Sequence record: NZ_CP014126.2
Origin: a plasmid
Reading direction: 5' to 3' (one strand)
DNA length: 64,000 nucleotides
Under the pieces are notes generated by a model that had not been told where the DNA came from, did no database searches, and was given only the letters and a program-made list of their open reading frames with translations. Below are positions 27,408 to 38,147 of the stretch, one piece after another. The position numbers and the translations under genes were made by a program. Within the stretch, counting starts at the first letter, position 1; each line of letters begins with the position of its first letter.

Positions 27408-27749
27408 ATGACATACCCCGCTGAAATATCGGCTCAGCCGGTCGTGCGCGATCGCTGGGGCGGCTGGACGCATCCTGACTTCTTTGTGCCCGCTGATGGT
27501 AATGAATATCCGCAGCCCGGCGAGTTTGAGGCCTGGCTTACCGCGCATAGTCTGGCGGCCGCCTTCACCTGGATGGAAAACGATGCGCCGGACTGGATCC
27601 GTGATCGCTTCCAGAAAACAGGTGACTGTAGCAGCTGGCAGCCCTCCGGGCCTGGCGGAGAGGGCTGGTTTATAGGCAGCATCCACGACACTGATGACGG
27701 CCCAGTGTGCGTCTGGCTTCGTCAAAAGCAGGAGGTGCGGAACGCATGA
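27408..27749 (+). CDS. hypothetical Trp/Asp-rich protein (113 aa), translationally coupled to traU
   Basis: ATGA overlap with the traU start. Confidence 0.45.
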   Translation: MTYPAEISAQPVVRDRWGGWTHPDFFVPADGNEYPQPGEFEAWLTAHSLAAAFTWMENDAPDWIRDRFQKTGDCSSWQPSGPGGEGWFIGSIHDTDDGPVCVWLRQKQEVRNA

Positions 27750-28738
27750 AACGCGCACTCTTCATTTTATGCCTTCTTGTGACGGCAATTATTGCCAGGC
27801 CGGTGATGGCGGCAACCAGTAATGCCGGCGACGGTCGGTGGGTGAACCCCATCAGTGACGTCTGCTGGAAGTGTCTTTTTCCGATGTCACTTGGCAGTAT
27901 CCAGCTGGCATCAGGCGCACACCCGGATACGCCTAACCCTGCCTCACCCATTCAGCTCTGCTCTTACGGTATTTTCTATCGTCTCGGGCTGGCGATCGGC
28001 TTTTGGGAACCGCTGGCGCTGACCGATGTGACCCGTGAGCCTGGCGTGATGGTGAATATGGGGGGATTTAAGATTAACCTCGGCCGCACCGGCACCGGAC
28101 GCGGTGGGCAAAGTGACTCACCCTCGCCTGGAAGCTTTTACCATGTGCACTGGTATAAGTATCCGCTGATTTTCTGGCTAAATATTATCACCAGCGAAGG
28201 CTGTATGCAGACCGGTGATATGGATATTGCCTACCTGTCTGAAGTAGACCCACTCTGGAACGACAGCACGCTGGCCATGATCCTGAACCCCGAAGTGGCG
28301 CTGTTTAATAACCTGCTGGCGCAGGGCGCCTGTGCGGCGGACTCGATTGCCTCCACGGCCGGCGTGCCACTGGATCCACTTTTCTGGTGCGCCGGTGCAC
28401 AGGGCTCGATGTATCCGTTTACAGGCTTTACCAGTAATGAGTTTTCGCCACTTGAAGCCTCCCTGCTCGTCAGTGAACGCATGGCCTTCAAGCTGCATCG
28501 GGAGGGGCTGGTCATGGAGACTATCGGGGCGGATGTTGCTGTCTGCTATGAATATCCGTCCCCGATCATCCCCAAATCACGCTGGCGTTATCAGATGGTG
28601 AATATGTACCCCGAACCAAACGACTGCCATCCATTCGGCACAACAACCCAGCTCTGGGGCTCTGTACACAACTCACCGGCTACGAAAAAGAACTTCGGCT
28701 ACCTCATGTGGCGAAAGCGTAACTGCGTTTATCTGTAA
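27746..28738 (+). CDS. traU: TraU
   Basis: AGGAGG RBS. 330 aa with signal peptide. Cys-rich, as in F TraU. Confidence 0.85.
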   Translation: MKRALFILCLLVTAIIARPVMAATSNAGDGRWVNPISDVCWKCLFPMSLGSIQLASGAHPDTPNPASPIQLCSYGIFYRLGLAIGFWEPLALTDVTREPGVMVNMGGFKINLGRTGTGRGGQSDSPSPGSFYHVHWYKYPLIFWLNIITSEGCMQTGDMDIAYLSEVDPLWNDSTLAMILNPEVALFNNLLAQGACAADSIASTAGVPLDPLFWCAGAQGSMYPFTGFTSNEFSPLEASLLVSERMAFKLHREGLVMETIGADVAVCYEYPSPIIPKSRWRYQMVNMYPEPNDCHPFGTTTQLWGSVHNSPATKKNFGYLMWRKRNCVYL

Positions 28739-28747
28739 GGACTCACC

Positions 28748-29377
28748 ATGAAACAACCTCTGATTACGGCGCTGCTCGCGGGCGCCGCGCTGCTGTGCGC
28801 AGGAATTGGGAATGCCGCTGAGCAGCCGTCCGTATCAGGTAACGATATGGCGTATATGAAACAGCAGCAGCGCGACCTGGAATTGTTCAAAAGCCAGCTG
28901 AAGGGCATGAATATCACGCTGCCGGATGCGCAGCAGGGACGAGTCTCGCAGCTGCAGAACGAAATTGCCGCCGCACAGGCGGATCAGAACAGCGCCGCGC
29001 GCCCTACGCCGCGGGCCGTTTACTTCGTCAGTCTGGGCATCCCGGAGGAAGGGCTGCTGCCGATGCTTGCGGACGCACGCCGCTTCGGCATACCTGCCAC
29101 GCTGCGCGGCCTGCTGAACAACGACTTCCGTCAGACGGCTGAGATGATGTTTGAACTGTCCAAAAAAGATAAGCAGGCAGGGGTGCAGATCGACCCGACC
29201 CTGTACGAGAAGTACAACATAAAGGCCGTGCCAGCGCTGGTCGTCACCTGTGGCAGTCAGTCTGATGTGATCTACGGCAGCCTGCCAGTGAAGCAGGCGC
29301 TCGAAGAAATTAAGCAGCGCGGCGACTGTGGCAGTACGGCTGCGCAGCTACTGCAGGACGCGGAGGGTGCGAAATGA
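28748..29377 (+). CDS. trbC: TrbC
   Basis: 209 aa periplasmic. Position and size as in F. Confidence 0.7.
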   Translation: MKQPLITALLAGAALLCAGIGNAAEQPSVSGNDMAYMKQQQRDLELFKSQLKGMNITLPDAQQGRVSQLQNEIAAAQADQNSAARPTPRAVYFVSLGIPEEGLLPMLADARRFGIPATLRGLLNNDFRQTAEMMFELSKKDKQAGVQIDPTLYEKYNIKAVPALVVTCGSQSDVIYGSLPVKQALEEIKQRGDCGSTAAQLLQDAEGAK

Positions 29378-31224
29378 AGCGTGCCCTGCTGCTTTCTTTA
29401 TGTCTGATGGCGTCCGGCGCATTCGCAGATGCGGTAAGCGACGCTTACAACGCGGGTGCAGGTTATGCCGGATCGAATAAGGGACAGGGAACCTCTGCTG
29501 CGAAGGGGACTGACCCGGCGTCAGTCATTCCGGGCTACACAGCCAATCCCCCGCAGGGCGGCTATTACGGCGGCGTACAGGGTGGCGACGGTGGCATAGC
29601 GGATAAAGGGCAGACCCAGATCGGAAGTAACGAAGCGGGACAGGCAGTCACGGATTCTTCAACGAAGAACCCGCCTGTAACCATCGATCCCAACGCTGAC
29701 TTTATCCAGAACGGCAAGAACGCAGAAGCCAACAGCGGCTCTATCGTGGACGGTACCAACAGCCAGTGCACCACGAAAGTTGTTTCAAAGTCGGTATTCG
29801 AAAACTTCACGTGCGACAGGGACGTAGCGCAGGTCCAGACCTGTGCCCGAACCGGCAGCGTTATCGTCACGGGCTCAAGCCATACGGAAACCCGGACGAT
29901 GAATATGCTGCTCAAAAACGCACGCCGCTCGGGCAAACAGGTAATAGTGGATTTCACGTTCCCTGAAACGGCTACGCTCGTCAGCGGCACCACGCAGCTT
30001 GTTTACACGCCGGCCCCGTCCTATAACTCCGGGGTTAATTACGTCACGTCGATTCTAAACAATAACGTTACGCTCCGTTACGGTAAGAAGGCAGCGGACA
30101 ACCTGGGTATCGCAGGGCTGCAGGTTAATGCAGGTCAGGTTTACTCTGCCGTGATTACCCCTGATGGCTCACGTATTGATGCCACCATCAATACGCTTAT
30201 TAAGTACATTAATGACGGCACTACCCTGTTCCACCTCGACGTGACGTTTAACGTGACGGTTTCCGATAAAAAGGCCGACACAACCTGGTCTGAAAGCTGC
30301 AGCTTTGACAAATCCCAGGCTACCGCCAGCACCGGCAGTGTTTGCACCGATCCGGGCGGCTCCCGCTCGGTTACCTCTGACGGCCAGACCTTTACCCAGA
30401 CGCAGGGCTGCTGGCAGTACCAGGACAGCTACATCGTGCCTGTTAATTCCACCGGTAACTGCGCCCAGCTGATGTCTGACAGAAACTGCACTATCGCTGC
30501 ACGCGGCTGTACCGAGGCTGAAGGCGGAACGTGCATGCATGAGCAGGATACATACCAGTGTCAGACCACTTTCACCTCTCAGGGACTGCTGTGCGGCGGA
30601 CAATATCTTTGTCAGAGCGGCGATTGTGACGGCACTGACGGTGCCGGCGATAGCGGCTTTGATACCGCCGTGGCCAAACTTGCCGGTCTTGCCTCCGCTG
30701 GTGATGACGTTAAAAACGGCGATCAGATAGACATCAAGGCCTTTACCGGACAGGCGCTCTACTGCCGCAAGGCGATGGCGGGCTTCTCAAACTGCTGCGT
30801 TGATACCGGCTGGGGAAACAGCTCGGGGCTGGCCAACTGCAACAGTGACGAAATGGCTATCGGCAAAGCGAAAGCTAAAAAGGTCACGGTTCTGGTCGGT
30901 GAAGCCTGCAATAAGGCTGTGCTTGGGGTGTGCGTACAGAAGAAGCAGGCTTACTGCGTGTTCGGCGGCAAACTTGCCCGCATCATTCAGGAGCAGGGCC
31001 GCCGCGATCAGCTGCACGTCAGCTTTGGCAGCGGAGACTCCCCGAACTGTCGTGGCATCACGGTTCCTGAACTGCAGGCCATTAACTTTGATCTGATTAA
31101 CTTCCAGGACTTCTACAGCGACCTGATGGCCAACCAGAAAATCCCTGACTCAGCGACGATGGTTCAGCAGGCTAAGGACCGCATTGCCGCGCAGGTTAAT
31201 GCGCAGACAGGAGGTAAAAAATGA
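29374..31224 (+). CDS. traN: TraN (mating-pair stabilisation outer-membrane protein)
   Basis: 616 aa. Signal peptide. C-terminal Cys-rich region (about 20 Cys) typical of TraN. Confidence 0.85.
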   Translation: MKRALLLSLCLMASGAFADAVSDAYNAGAGYAGSNKGQGTSAAKGTDPASVIPGYTANPPQGGYYGGVQGGDGGIADKGQTQIGSNEAGQAVTDSSTKNPPVTIDPNADFIQNGKNAEANSGSIVDGTNSQCTTKVVSKSVFENFTCDRDVAQVQTCARTGSVIVTGSSHTETRTMNMLLKNARRSGKQVIVDFTFPETATLVSGTTQLVYTPAPSYNSGVNYVTSILNNNVTLRYGKKAADNLGIAGLQVNAGQVYSAVITPDGSRIDATINTLIKYINDGTTLFHLDVTFNVTVSDKKADTTWSESCSFDKSQATASTGSVCTDPGGSRSVTSDGQTFTQTQGCWQYQDSYIVPVNSTGNCAQLMSDRNCTIAARGCTEAEGGTCMHEQDTYQCQTTFTSQGLLCGGQYLCQSGDCDGTDGAGDSGFDTAVAKLAGLASAGDDVKNGDQIDIKAFTGQALYCRKAMAGFSNCCVDTGWGNSSGLANCNSDEMAIGKAKAKKVTVLVGEACNKAVLGVCVQKKQAYCVFGGKLARIIQEQGRRDQLHVSFGSGDSPNCRGITVPELQAINFDLINFQDFYSDLMANQKIPDSATMVQQAKDRIAAQVNAQTGGKK

Positions 31225-32018
31225 AACCACTGCTGATAGCCCTGCTGCTGATGGCATGTACGGGGCAGGCCGTGGCGGACGATGCGCCGCCCGCTGACGG
31301 GGTGGTGACGCCGGCCGACCCGTTTACCGGTTGGCACTGGTACAACGAGCCGAAGAAAAAGCCGGAACCGCCTGCACCAAAAGCGCAGCCCGCGCCGCAG
31401 GTGCCGGACTTCAGCAGGCTGTCACCGTCAGAGCAGGCGGACGTTCTGAAAGCGTACACAAAGGAGGCGCTGAACAACGCCATACTCCATCCGTCCGCAG
31501 AGCATACCGCCACGTTCCTGCGCTGGCAGAAGTTCTGGACCGACCGGGCCTCGATGTTCAGCCAGTCATTCGCGGTGGCGCAGCTTGACCATCCTGATCT
31601 CGACTACAACCTTGACCATCCGCACTACAACAGCACCGCGCCGCTGCAGCAGGCACGGGACCAGCAGGAACAGACGCAGGCCATCAGCCAGCTTTCCGGG
31701 CAGTACGGGCTGTTCTACTTCTACCGCGGCAGTGACCCGATTGATGCGCAGATGGCGGGCGTGGTGGCGGACTTCGCCCGCCTGCGTCACATTTCGCTGA
31801 TACCGGTGAGTGTGGACGGCACGGTGTCCCCGCAGGTGCCCGACAGCCGGCCGGACGCCGGTCAGAGCGCGCGCATGGGCATCAGCCACTATCCGGCGCT
31901 GTTCCTGGTTGACCCGAAGTCAAAAAGCTTCCGTCCGCTCGCCTACGGTTTTATGACGCAGGACGACCTGGCGAAGCGCTTTCTTAACGTGGCCACCGGC
32001 TTTAAGCCTAACTTCTGA
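31221..32018 (+). CDS. traF: TraF (thioredoxin-fold, no CXXC)
   Basis: 265 aa. C-terminal HYPALFLVDPKS...PLAYGFM..DDL resembles F TraF. Confidence 0.8.
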   Translation: MKPLLIALLLMACTGQAVADDAPPADGVVTPADPFTGWHWYNEPKKKPEPPAPKAQPAPQVPDFSRLSPSEQADVLKAYTKEALNNAILHPSAEHTATFLRWQKFWTDRASMFSQSFAVAQLDHPDLDYNLDHPHYNSTAPLQQARDQQEQTQAISQLSGQYGLFYFYRGSDPIDAQMAGVVADFARLRHISLIPVSVDGTVSPQVPDSRPDAGQSARMGISHYPALFLVDPKSKSFRPLAYGFMTQDDLAKRFLNVATGFKPNF

Positions 32019-32028
32019 GGACCTGATT

Positions 32029-32499
32029 ATGCTGACACTCTCACCTGTCTGGCACGGGCGGCTGCGCGCTGCGCGGCTGGTACAAAACCTCCTGCTGCAG
32101 ACGCTCGTTATCCATCCGGCGCTTCTGTTCTTTCTGCTGTTCCTGCTCAGTGCACACGGCGCCGGTGGTGCCGGGCAGATGCTTGTGAACGAGGCCGAAA
32201 GGATGGTGCGCGACGCGCCGGCGGGAGAAGTGTGGGGCTGCGTATCGCAGGCCATGCCCGTGGAGAGCTGGCCGTTAGTTCCTGATACTTCACGGGATAA
32301 GGCCGCACCGGTCAGCAGTGATATCAAGCCTGCACCACCGGCAGCAATGTGCGTAAAGGCGGCGGTGAGCCGCGATGCGTGGGCGGCGCAGACTAATGAC
32401 ACGCTGCTGTTCCTCTATAAGGCTGGCGTGGTGCTTTCCGTCATATCAAGCCTGGCGGTGAGACATTTCCGCCGCCGGGCAATTGGAGAAAACGTATGA
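32029..32499 (+). CDS. hypothetical membrane protein in trbA position
   Basis: Position only. Confidence 0.3.
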   Translation: MLTLSPVWHGRLRAARLVQNLLLQTLVIHPALLFFLLFLLSAHGAGGAGQMLVNEAERMVRDAPAGEVWGCVSQAMPVESWPLVPDTSRDKAAPVSSDIKPAPPAAMCVKAAVSRDAWAAQTNDTLLFLYKAGVVLSVISSLAVRHFRRRAIGENV

Positions 32500-32708
32500 A
32501 CAGACTTCCCCTCATCATTACGCTGTTTATGGCGGGCATCATTTTTAACTGCCTGCGACAGTTGCTGGCATGGTCTGCCAGCTTCACGTATGACGTACTT
32601 GCCGGCGCTTCATTAGCCTGTCTGGTGCTGGTTGCGATGGGCCTCATTGCGGAACTGATTGCCTGGCGAAGGTCGCGCGGCGGCCGGGGAGGCCATCATG
32701 AAGCTTAA
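32496..32708 (+). CDS. small inner-membrane protein in traQ position
   Basis: 70 aa with two hydrophobic helices. Overlaps the trbB start. Confidence 0.3.
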   Translation: MNRLPLIITLFMAGIIFNCLRQLLAWSASFTYDVLAGASLACLVLVAMGLIAELIAWRRSRGGRGGHHEA

Positions 32709-33321
32709 TGTGCTGATGACGGTATTGCTGATACTGCCTGTATTCGTACAGGCGTCGGTGGCTTCGGATATTGCAGCGCTGGAGCAGACGAAGTTACAGC
32801 GCGGTGCGCAGCTGCCGGATTTCGGATTACCCGGGGCCAGCCTGGTGCGGGCGGCGCCCGTAAAACCACCCCGGATGATGGCCCTTTCAGACGGGCGGCA
32901 GGTGAACCTGAATGACTATGCGGTGGTGGTTTTTATGCAGCGCGGCTGTCAGTACAGCGCGAAGTTCGATCCGCTGCTGAAGTCCTGGGCTGATGAGGAA
33001 GGAATAAAGGTGTACCCCTACACACTTGACGGCTACGGGGACGCGGCCTTTCCGGTGGCGCTTATCCCGCGTAAAGCGGGACCGAACGAGCCGATTGCCG
33101 GTGAAATTCTGACGTTCTTCGGTAATGGCCTGCCCATCGCCACGCCGACCACGTTTATGGTCAACGTTAACACCAACGTGGCCTACCCGCTTTTTCAGGG
33201 AGAGACGGATATGGGAACGATGAGCCAGCGCCTGGCACAGATGATCGAAGCCGATATCGATAACCTTCCACCGGACACGCTGGGTCCGGTACCAAGCAGC
33301 GCCTCACTGACTCCGCAGTAA
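32698..33321 (+). CDS. trbB: TrbB (thioredoxin-like disulfide isomerase, CXXS/CXXC-type)
   Basis: GGGAGG RBS. Signal peptide. FMQRGCQYSAKF thioredoxin-like motif. Confidence 0.7.
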   Translation: MKLNVLMTVLLILPVFVQASVASDIAALEQTKLQRGAQLPDFGLPGASLVRAAPVKPPRMMALSDGRQVNLNDYAVVVFMQRGCQYSAKFDPLLKSWADEEGIKVYPYTLDGYGDAAFPVALIPRKAGPNEPIAGEILTFFGNGLPIATPTTFMVNVNTNVAYPLFQGETDMGTMSQRLAQMIEADIDNLPPDTLGPVPSSASLTPQ

Positions 33322-33352
33322 TGAAGGCAGCTTTACCGCTCACGGAACACCT

Positions 33353-33631
33353 ATGACTGAAAAAACTTTAACGCTCTCGCGACTTGAGACTGCGCTGTTG
33401 ATTGTCTGCGCCTCGCTGCTGGCTGCAGCCTGCCTTTACGCCTGGCTCGTCTGCGACCTTGCTGGCCCGATAAACGGCATGTCTTACGGTTCGGATGCGC
33501 TGGTCCTCAGCGGCCTGCAACTCTACCCGTTACTTTTCCTTTTTTCCCTTGCCGGAGGCTTAGGCTTCGGCGCACTGACCAGCATCACACTGCGCCGGCA
33601 CGGATTTATGGCTGACCGGAGTTTTCAATGA
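33353..33631 (+). CDS. small membrane protein in trbJ/trbF position
   Basis: 92 aa with two TM helices. Confidence 0.3.
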   Translation: MTEKTLTLSRLETALLIVCASLLAAACLYAWLVCDLAGPINGMSYGSDALVLSGLQLYPLLFLFSLAGGLGFGALTSITLRRHGFMADRSFQ

Positions 33632-33665
33632 CAGAACGTATACATTTACAGACGGGGAAAACACC

Positions 33666-35033
33666 ATGAATCTGCGTCAGTTCCTCACAGGCGCTCTGGC
33701 TGCCCTTACCCTGAGTATGCCGGCCTTTGCCGATGTGCAGGGTGACCTGAACGGCTACTTTGGCAGCCTCGGCTTTGACGGCAACGTGTCAAAGGCGCAG
33801 GCATGGCAGGGTCAGGCCGCAGGCTATGTCACCGGCGGCTCAATTTATCTGCGTAACCCGGTCAAACAGGTGCAGCTCATCTCGATGCAGGTGCCGTCAC
33901 TCAACGCCGGCTGCGGCGGCATTGACTCCTATCTGGGTGCCTTTTCCTATATCAACGGGGCAGAGCTGCAGCGCTTCGTTAAGCAAATCATGAGCAATGC
34001 CGCCGGATATGCTTTTGATCTCGCACTGCAAACGATGGTGCCGGAGCTCAAACAGGCTAAGGATTTCCTGCAGAAGCTGGCCTCTGATGTGAACTCAGCC
34101 AACATGAGTTCGTGCCAGGCAGCGCAGGGCATTATTGGAGGTCTGTGGCCGGTATCTCAGGTGTCAAACCAGAAAATCTGCCAGGACATTGCTGGCGAGA
34201 GCAATATTTTCTCCGACTGGGCGGCGTCGCGTCAGGGCTGCACAGTAGGTGGTCAGGGTGACAGCGTCACCGGAAGGGCTGCTGACAACATGAAGGACCA
34301 GGTGCTGAAGAACAAGAATCTCATCTGGGATGCGCTGGGTCGCAATCACCTGTTTGACGGTAACCGCCAACTGAAGGAGCTGGTAATGAGCGTGGTGGGC
34401 TCCATCATTTTCAATAAAGCCGGCCAGGTCACCGTCCTTACGCCACTGGTTGATAACCGCGACATCATCACCGTGCTGATGCGCGGCGGCACCGCGAAAA
34501 TGTACGGCTGCGACGAACAGGATCTTTGTCTCGGCCCCACGGTAACAAACGTCACAGTCAGTAGTGACGTCGCCCTGGTTACGCAGGTACGTAATCTGAT
34601 GATCTCTATCGACAGTAAGCTTACTGCTGATACCGGTCTGTCAGACAGGGAGAAGGGCTTTATTAATACCACTTCAGTTCCGGTGCTTAAGTATCTGACC
34701 AACTCACGCAGCATGGGCATGAGTCCGACCTACCTGATACAGGTAGCCGATTTTATCGCTCAGGACATGATGATCCAGTATCTGCAGGAACTGGTAAAGC
34801 AAGCCAGTCAGTCGCTGGCAGGTAAAAACTTCCCCGAGCAGGCGGCAGGCGAGCTTCGTAACAACGTTCTGGCTGCAACCTCGCTACTGGCACAGATGAA
34901 ACTGCAGTCTACAGCCGATCAAAATGCGCTGGACGGCATTGATCGCAATATGCAGTACCTGCAGCAGCAGGTGTCGACCATTATCTCAACGTCTTATCAG
35001 GGCAACTATAAATGGGGAACTGGCCATGACTGA
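33666..35033 (+). CDS. traH: TraH
   Basis: 455 aa with signal peptide. Size and position as in F (458 aa). Confidence 0.85.
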   Translation: MNLRQFLTGALAALTLSMPAFADVQGDLNGYFGSLGFDGNVSKAQAWQGQAAGYVTGGSIYLRNPVKQVQLISMQVPSLNAGCGGIDSYLGAFSYINGAELQRFVKQIMSNAAGYAFDLALQTMVPELKQAKDFLQKLASDVNSANMSSCQAAQGIIGGLWPVSQVSNQKICQDIAGESNIFSDWAASRQGCTVGGQGDSVTGRAADNMKDQVLKNKNLIWDALGRNHLFDGNRQLKELVMSVVGSIIFNKAGQVTVLTPLVDNRDIITVLMRGGTAKMYGCDEQDLCLGPTVTNVTVSSDVALVTQVRNLMISIDSKLTADTGLSDREKGFINTTSVPVLKYLTNSRSMGMSPTYLIQVADFIAQDMMIQYLQELVKQASQSLAGKNFPEQAAGELRNNVLAATSLLAQMKLQSTADQNALDGIDRNMQYLQQQVSTIISTSYQGNYKWGTGHD

Positions 35034-38000
35034 AATCTGGACCATATACGGCGGGGACATGTGGCGACAGGTGTTCAACGGCGTTGTTACCGTTCTTGGC
35101 GCTGATACCTTTACCACTCTGTTACGCATCGTCAGCATGTTCGGAGTGCTGGGTGTAGCCGTAACATTCGTTAAAACCAGAAACCCCTTGGTTTTCCTTC
35201 ATTATCTGGCGGTATTCATGCTTATCACCTCTGCGCTACTGGTTCCCAAGCGCAGCGTGCAGATACATGACATTACCGATCCGGCGGCAGTTTATCAGGT
35301 TGATAACGTGCCGGTGGGACTGGCCATGATTGCCGGGCTTTCCACAGGTGCAGGTTATGGCGTGGCACAGCTGTATGACTACGTTTTTGCGCGGCCTGAC
35401 TCGCTGACTTACACGAAGACGGGCATGCTGTTCGGATCTCAGGTCATTGCGCAGACGACAGACTTTCGTACGCAGAACCCGGAGCTTTCGCAGATGCTTA
35501 CGGATTACGTAGAGAACTGTGTGGTAGGTGACATCCTGCTTAATAACAAATACACCATAGCGCAACTGCTTAATAGTACTGACCCACTGACTCTTATCAC
35601 GAACAACCCGAGCCCATTACGCGGACTTTATCAGGATGCCGGAGGAGGAAGACAATTTATCACCTGTCAGCAGGCGGCTGCAGTGATAAAGAACCTTATC
35701 GGGGCGGATGTACGGATCGGCGGAACCACCTGGCATCAGCTTGCTACGCGAGTATTTGGTAATCGGGTCAATGCCGATGCGCTTCTGGGTAATGCGATGG
35801 ATGAAAGTTATAACTTTTTCTATGCAGGCGGCCTGAGTGCTGCACAGATTATGCGAAATAATATTACCAATGCGGCCGTACGTGACGGCTGGAAAGGATT
35901 CGCGGCACGCTCTTCAGACACGGCCAACCTGGTTAACCTGGCGACGGAGTCCAGTATGACCAAGCAGCGCCTGAGCTGGGCCTCATTCGGAAGCATCATG
36001 GGTCGAATGCTTCCGATGTTTCAGTCGTTGCTAATGCTCATCCTGATCGCACTGTTCCCGTTAATGATTGCGCTGGCGCTGACCAACCACACCATATTTG
36101 GACTTAATACGCTGAAAATATATGCTGGCGGCTTTCTGTACTTCCAGATGTGGCCTGTGATGTATGCGATCCTTAACTCACTGGCAAACTTTTATTTACA
36201 GTCGAAAACCGGTACCACGGCGCTGGTATTATCTAATCAGGATCAGGTGGCATTGCAGCACTCAGATGCAGCCAATATCGCAGGATATCTGAGTGCATCT
36301 ATTCCGGCGCTGTCGTTCTATCTGACAAAGGGGGCTGGGGCTATTGCTTCACAGGTGGCGGGCAGCGTCATCAGTTCGGCAGCATTCTCGACGGGTGGAC
36401 AGGCATCGACTACGGCGGACGGCAACTGGTCGTTTAACAACATGTCGATGGATAACGTTAATGCAAACAAGTTCGACACAAATATGATGCATCGCTCCGG
36501 TTCGCAGTCACTCCAGACCGGTAATGGCGCAATGCATACGCAGACTGCAGACGGACATAATGTCTACGATACCAGCGGAGCGGTATCAACCCTGCCAGTG
36601 AATATGCGTCTCAGTGCGCTGGCCAGCAGCGGATACTCCGAACAGGCGCGACAGGCCCAGCAACAGGCACAAAGCTCGCTGGATGGCTATAACCATAGCG
36701 TCACCAGCGGGTTCCAGCAGTTGCATCAGCTGACAACTCAGACTGGCAACAGCGATAGCGTGACGCAGGGTAGCGATAGCAGTGTGGCAACCAACGTCAG
36801 CCGTGGCGCCAGCAAAATGCAGTCGGCTGTTGAGAGCTATGCGAAGTCTCATAATGTCTCTGAGCAGCAGGCATATAACAAGCTCATGGATATAAGCAAT
36901 CAGGGCAGTGCAGGCACCGGTATCAGGGGACAGGTTAAATTTGACTCTGGTGACCAGCTGGCAGGTAAACTTGGTAAGTGGGCTACTGGTGTCAGCGCCG
37001 GTGGTGAGGCCAGTGTAAACGCTGACTGGCGTCACTCTTCTGGCAGTTCGCACGGCACACAGGATACAAATGCTGAGGGACGAGATCATCGCCAGGACCA
37101 AAGCAGTCAGGAGGCACGCGACTTCCGTGAGGGTATGGACATGATCACTTCCACCCGCCTCAGCGAGTCGGGGAATCACACCGACAACCAGTCAAACTCT
37201 CAGGTTCAGCAGTTTGCAGCTACGCTTAACGACGCTAAGAGCCAGTACCATCAGTACACCGAAAGCAGCACACGCAGCCAGGAACTCAGCCGTATGGCCA
37301 CTCTGTCACAGACACAGAGTGCAAGCCTGGACGCAAACTACAATCAGGAGTTTGTGGACTGGACTACCGCAAAATATGGCAGCGACGCGCAGAACATTCT
37401 GACCAATGTGAAAGGTGCAGAGGGTGCAGCGATGGAGTTCATGCACGAGCGGCTTGAACCGCAGATTATGAAAAACTATGTTGACCGTACGGACCAGGTT
37501 AACAGTGAGCCGCTGCAGCCAACTCGGTCGCTTAATGGTCCTGGTATACCACAGAACGGTGATGCGCAGATTCCGGCGAGTGTACCGATATCAGAACAAA
37601 ACGTACCCGCAGCTGACTCTTCAGGCAGTGTTACTCGAGGCTCGGCTCGCACGAATGGCAATTCAGGCTCAGGCTATGAATTATCAGCAGAGCGACCTGC
37701 GAACTTAAGTAGCCGCGCAACGGAGACGCATATTAACAATAGTGAGCGTAATATCAGCGCGCCGTCCGGTGATCCTTCTCAGGCAATGAAAGATGATTTC
37801 CGTAGTGGGGAAAAGCGTGTTAGCGAGCAGGCTGCCGGTGCTGGCATTCAGAGTAATGTGGCTGATATGGTTGCAGCACAAAGATCTGGCCTTATGGAAA
37901 CTGTCAGGGAAAACGATGGCAAAATAGCTGAAAACAAAAACACTGTTCAGGCATCCAGTGATATACTCAGGAATGAGCATCAGGGAGCAGTGAGAAACCA

Positions 38001-38121
38001 GCAGGTTGGTCGTACTGAAGAGGATTTGCGTCAGACAAAACCTATCGGTGATAGCGCTGAGATTAAGGATTTCAAAGACAAATTAGAAAAACTTCGTTCA
38101 GAGCAAAGAAAAGCCTCTTAG
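35026..38121 (+). CDS. traG: TraG (VirB6-like N-domain plus mating-pair stabilisation C-domain)
   Basis: ATGACTGA overlap with the traH stop. Polytopic N-terminus, long Ser/Gln-rich periplasmic C-terminus. 1031 aa versus 938 in F. Confidence 0.85.
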   Translation: MTEIWTIYGGDMWRQVFNGVVTVLGADTFTTLLRIVSMFGVLGVAVTFVKTRNPLVFLHYLAVFMLITSALLVPKRSVQIHDITDPAAVYQVDNVPVGLAMIAGLSTGAGYGVAQLYDYVFARPDSLTYTKTGMLFGSQVIAQTTDFRTQNPELSQMLTDYVENCVVGDILLNNKYTIAQLLNSTDPLTLITNNPSPLRGLYQDAGGGRQFITCQQAAAVIKNLIGADVRIGGTTWHQLATRVFGNRVNADALLGNAMDESYNFFYAGGLSAAQIMRNNITNAAVRDGWKGFAARSSDTANLVNLATESSMTKQRLSWASFGSIMGRMLPMFQSLLMLILIALFPLMIALALTNHTIFGLNTLKIYAGGFLYFQMWPVMYAILNSLANFYLQSKTGTTALVLSNQDQVALQHSDAANIAGYLSASIPALSFYLTKGAGAIASQVAGSVISSAAFSTGGQASTTADGNWSFNNMSMDNVNANKFDTNMMHRSGSQSLQTGNGAMHTQTADGHNVYDTSGAVSTLPVNMRLSALASSGYSEQARQAQQQAQSSLDGYNHSVTSGFQQLHQLTTQTGNSDSVTQGSDSSVATNVSRGASKMQSAVESYAKSHNVSEQQAYNKLMDISNQGSAGTGIRGQVKFDSGDQLAGKLGKWATGVSAGGEASVNADWRHSSGSSHGTQDTNAEGRDHRQDQSSQEARDFREGMDMITSTRLSESGNHTDNQSNSQVQQFAATLNDAKSQYHQYTESSTRSQELSRMATLSQTQSASLDANYNQEFVDWTTAKYGSDAQNILTNVKGAEGAAMEFMHERLEPQIMKNYVDRTDQVNSEPLQPTRSLNGPGIPQNGDAQIPASVPISEQNVPAADSSGSVTRGSARTNGNSGSGYELSAERPANLSSRATETHINNSERNISAPSGDPSQAMKDDFRSGEKRVSEQAAGAGIQSNVADMVAAQRSGLMETVRENDGKIAENKNTVQASSDILRNEHQGAVRNQQVGRTEEDLRQTKPIGDSAEIKDFKDKLEKLRSEQRKAS

Positions 38122-38147
38122 TATTAACTTATTAGGATGAGGGAATT

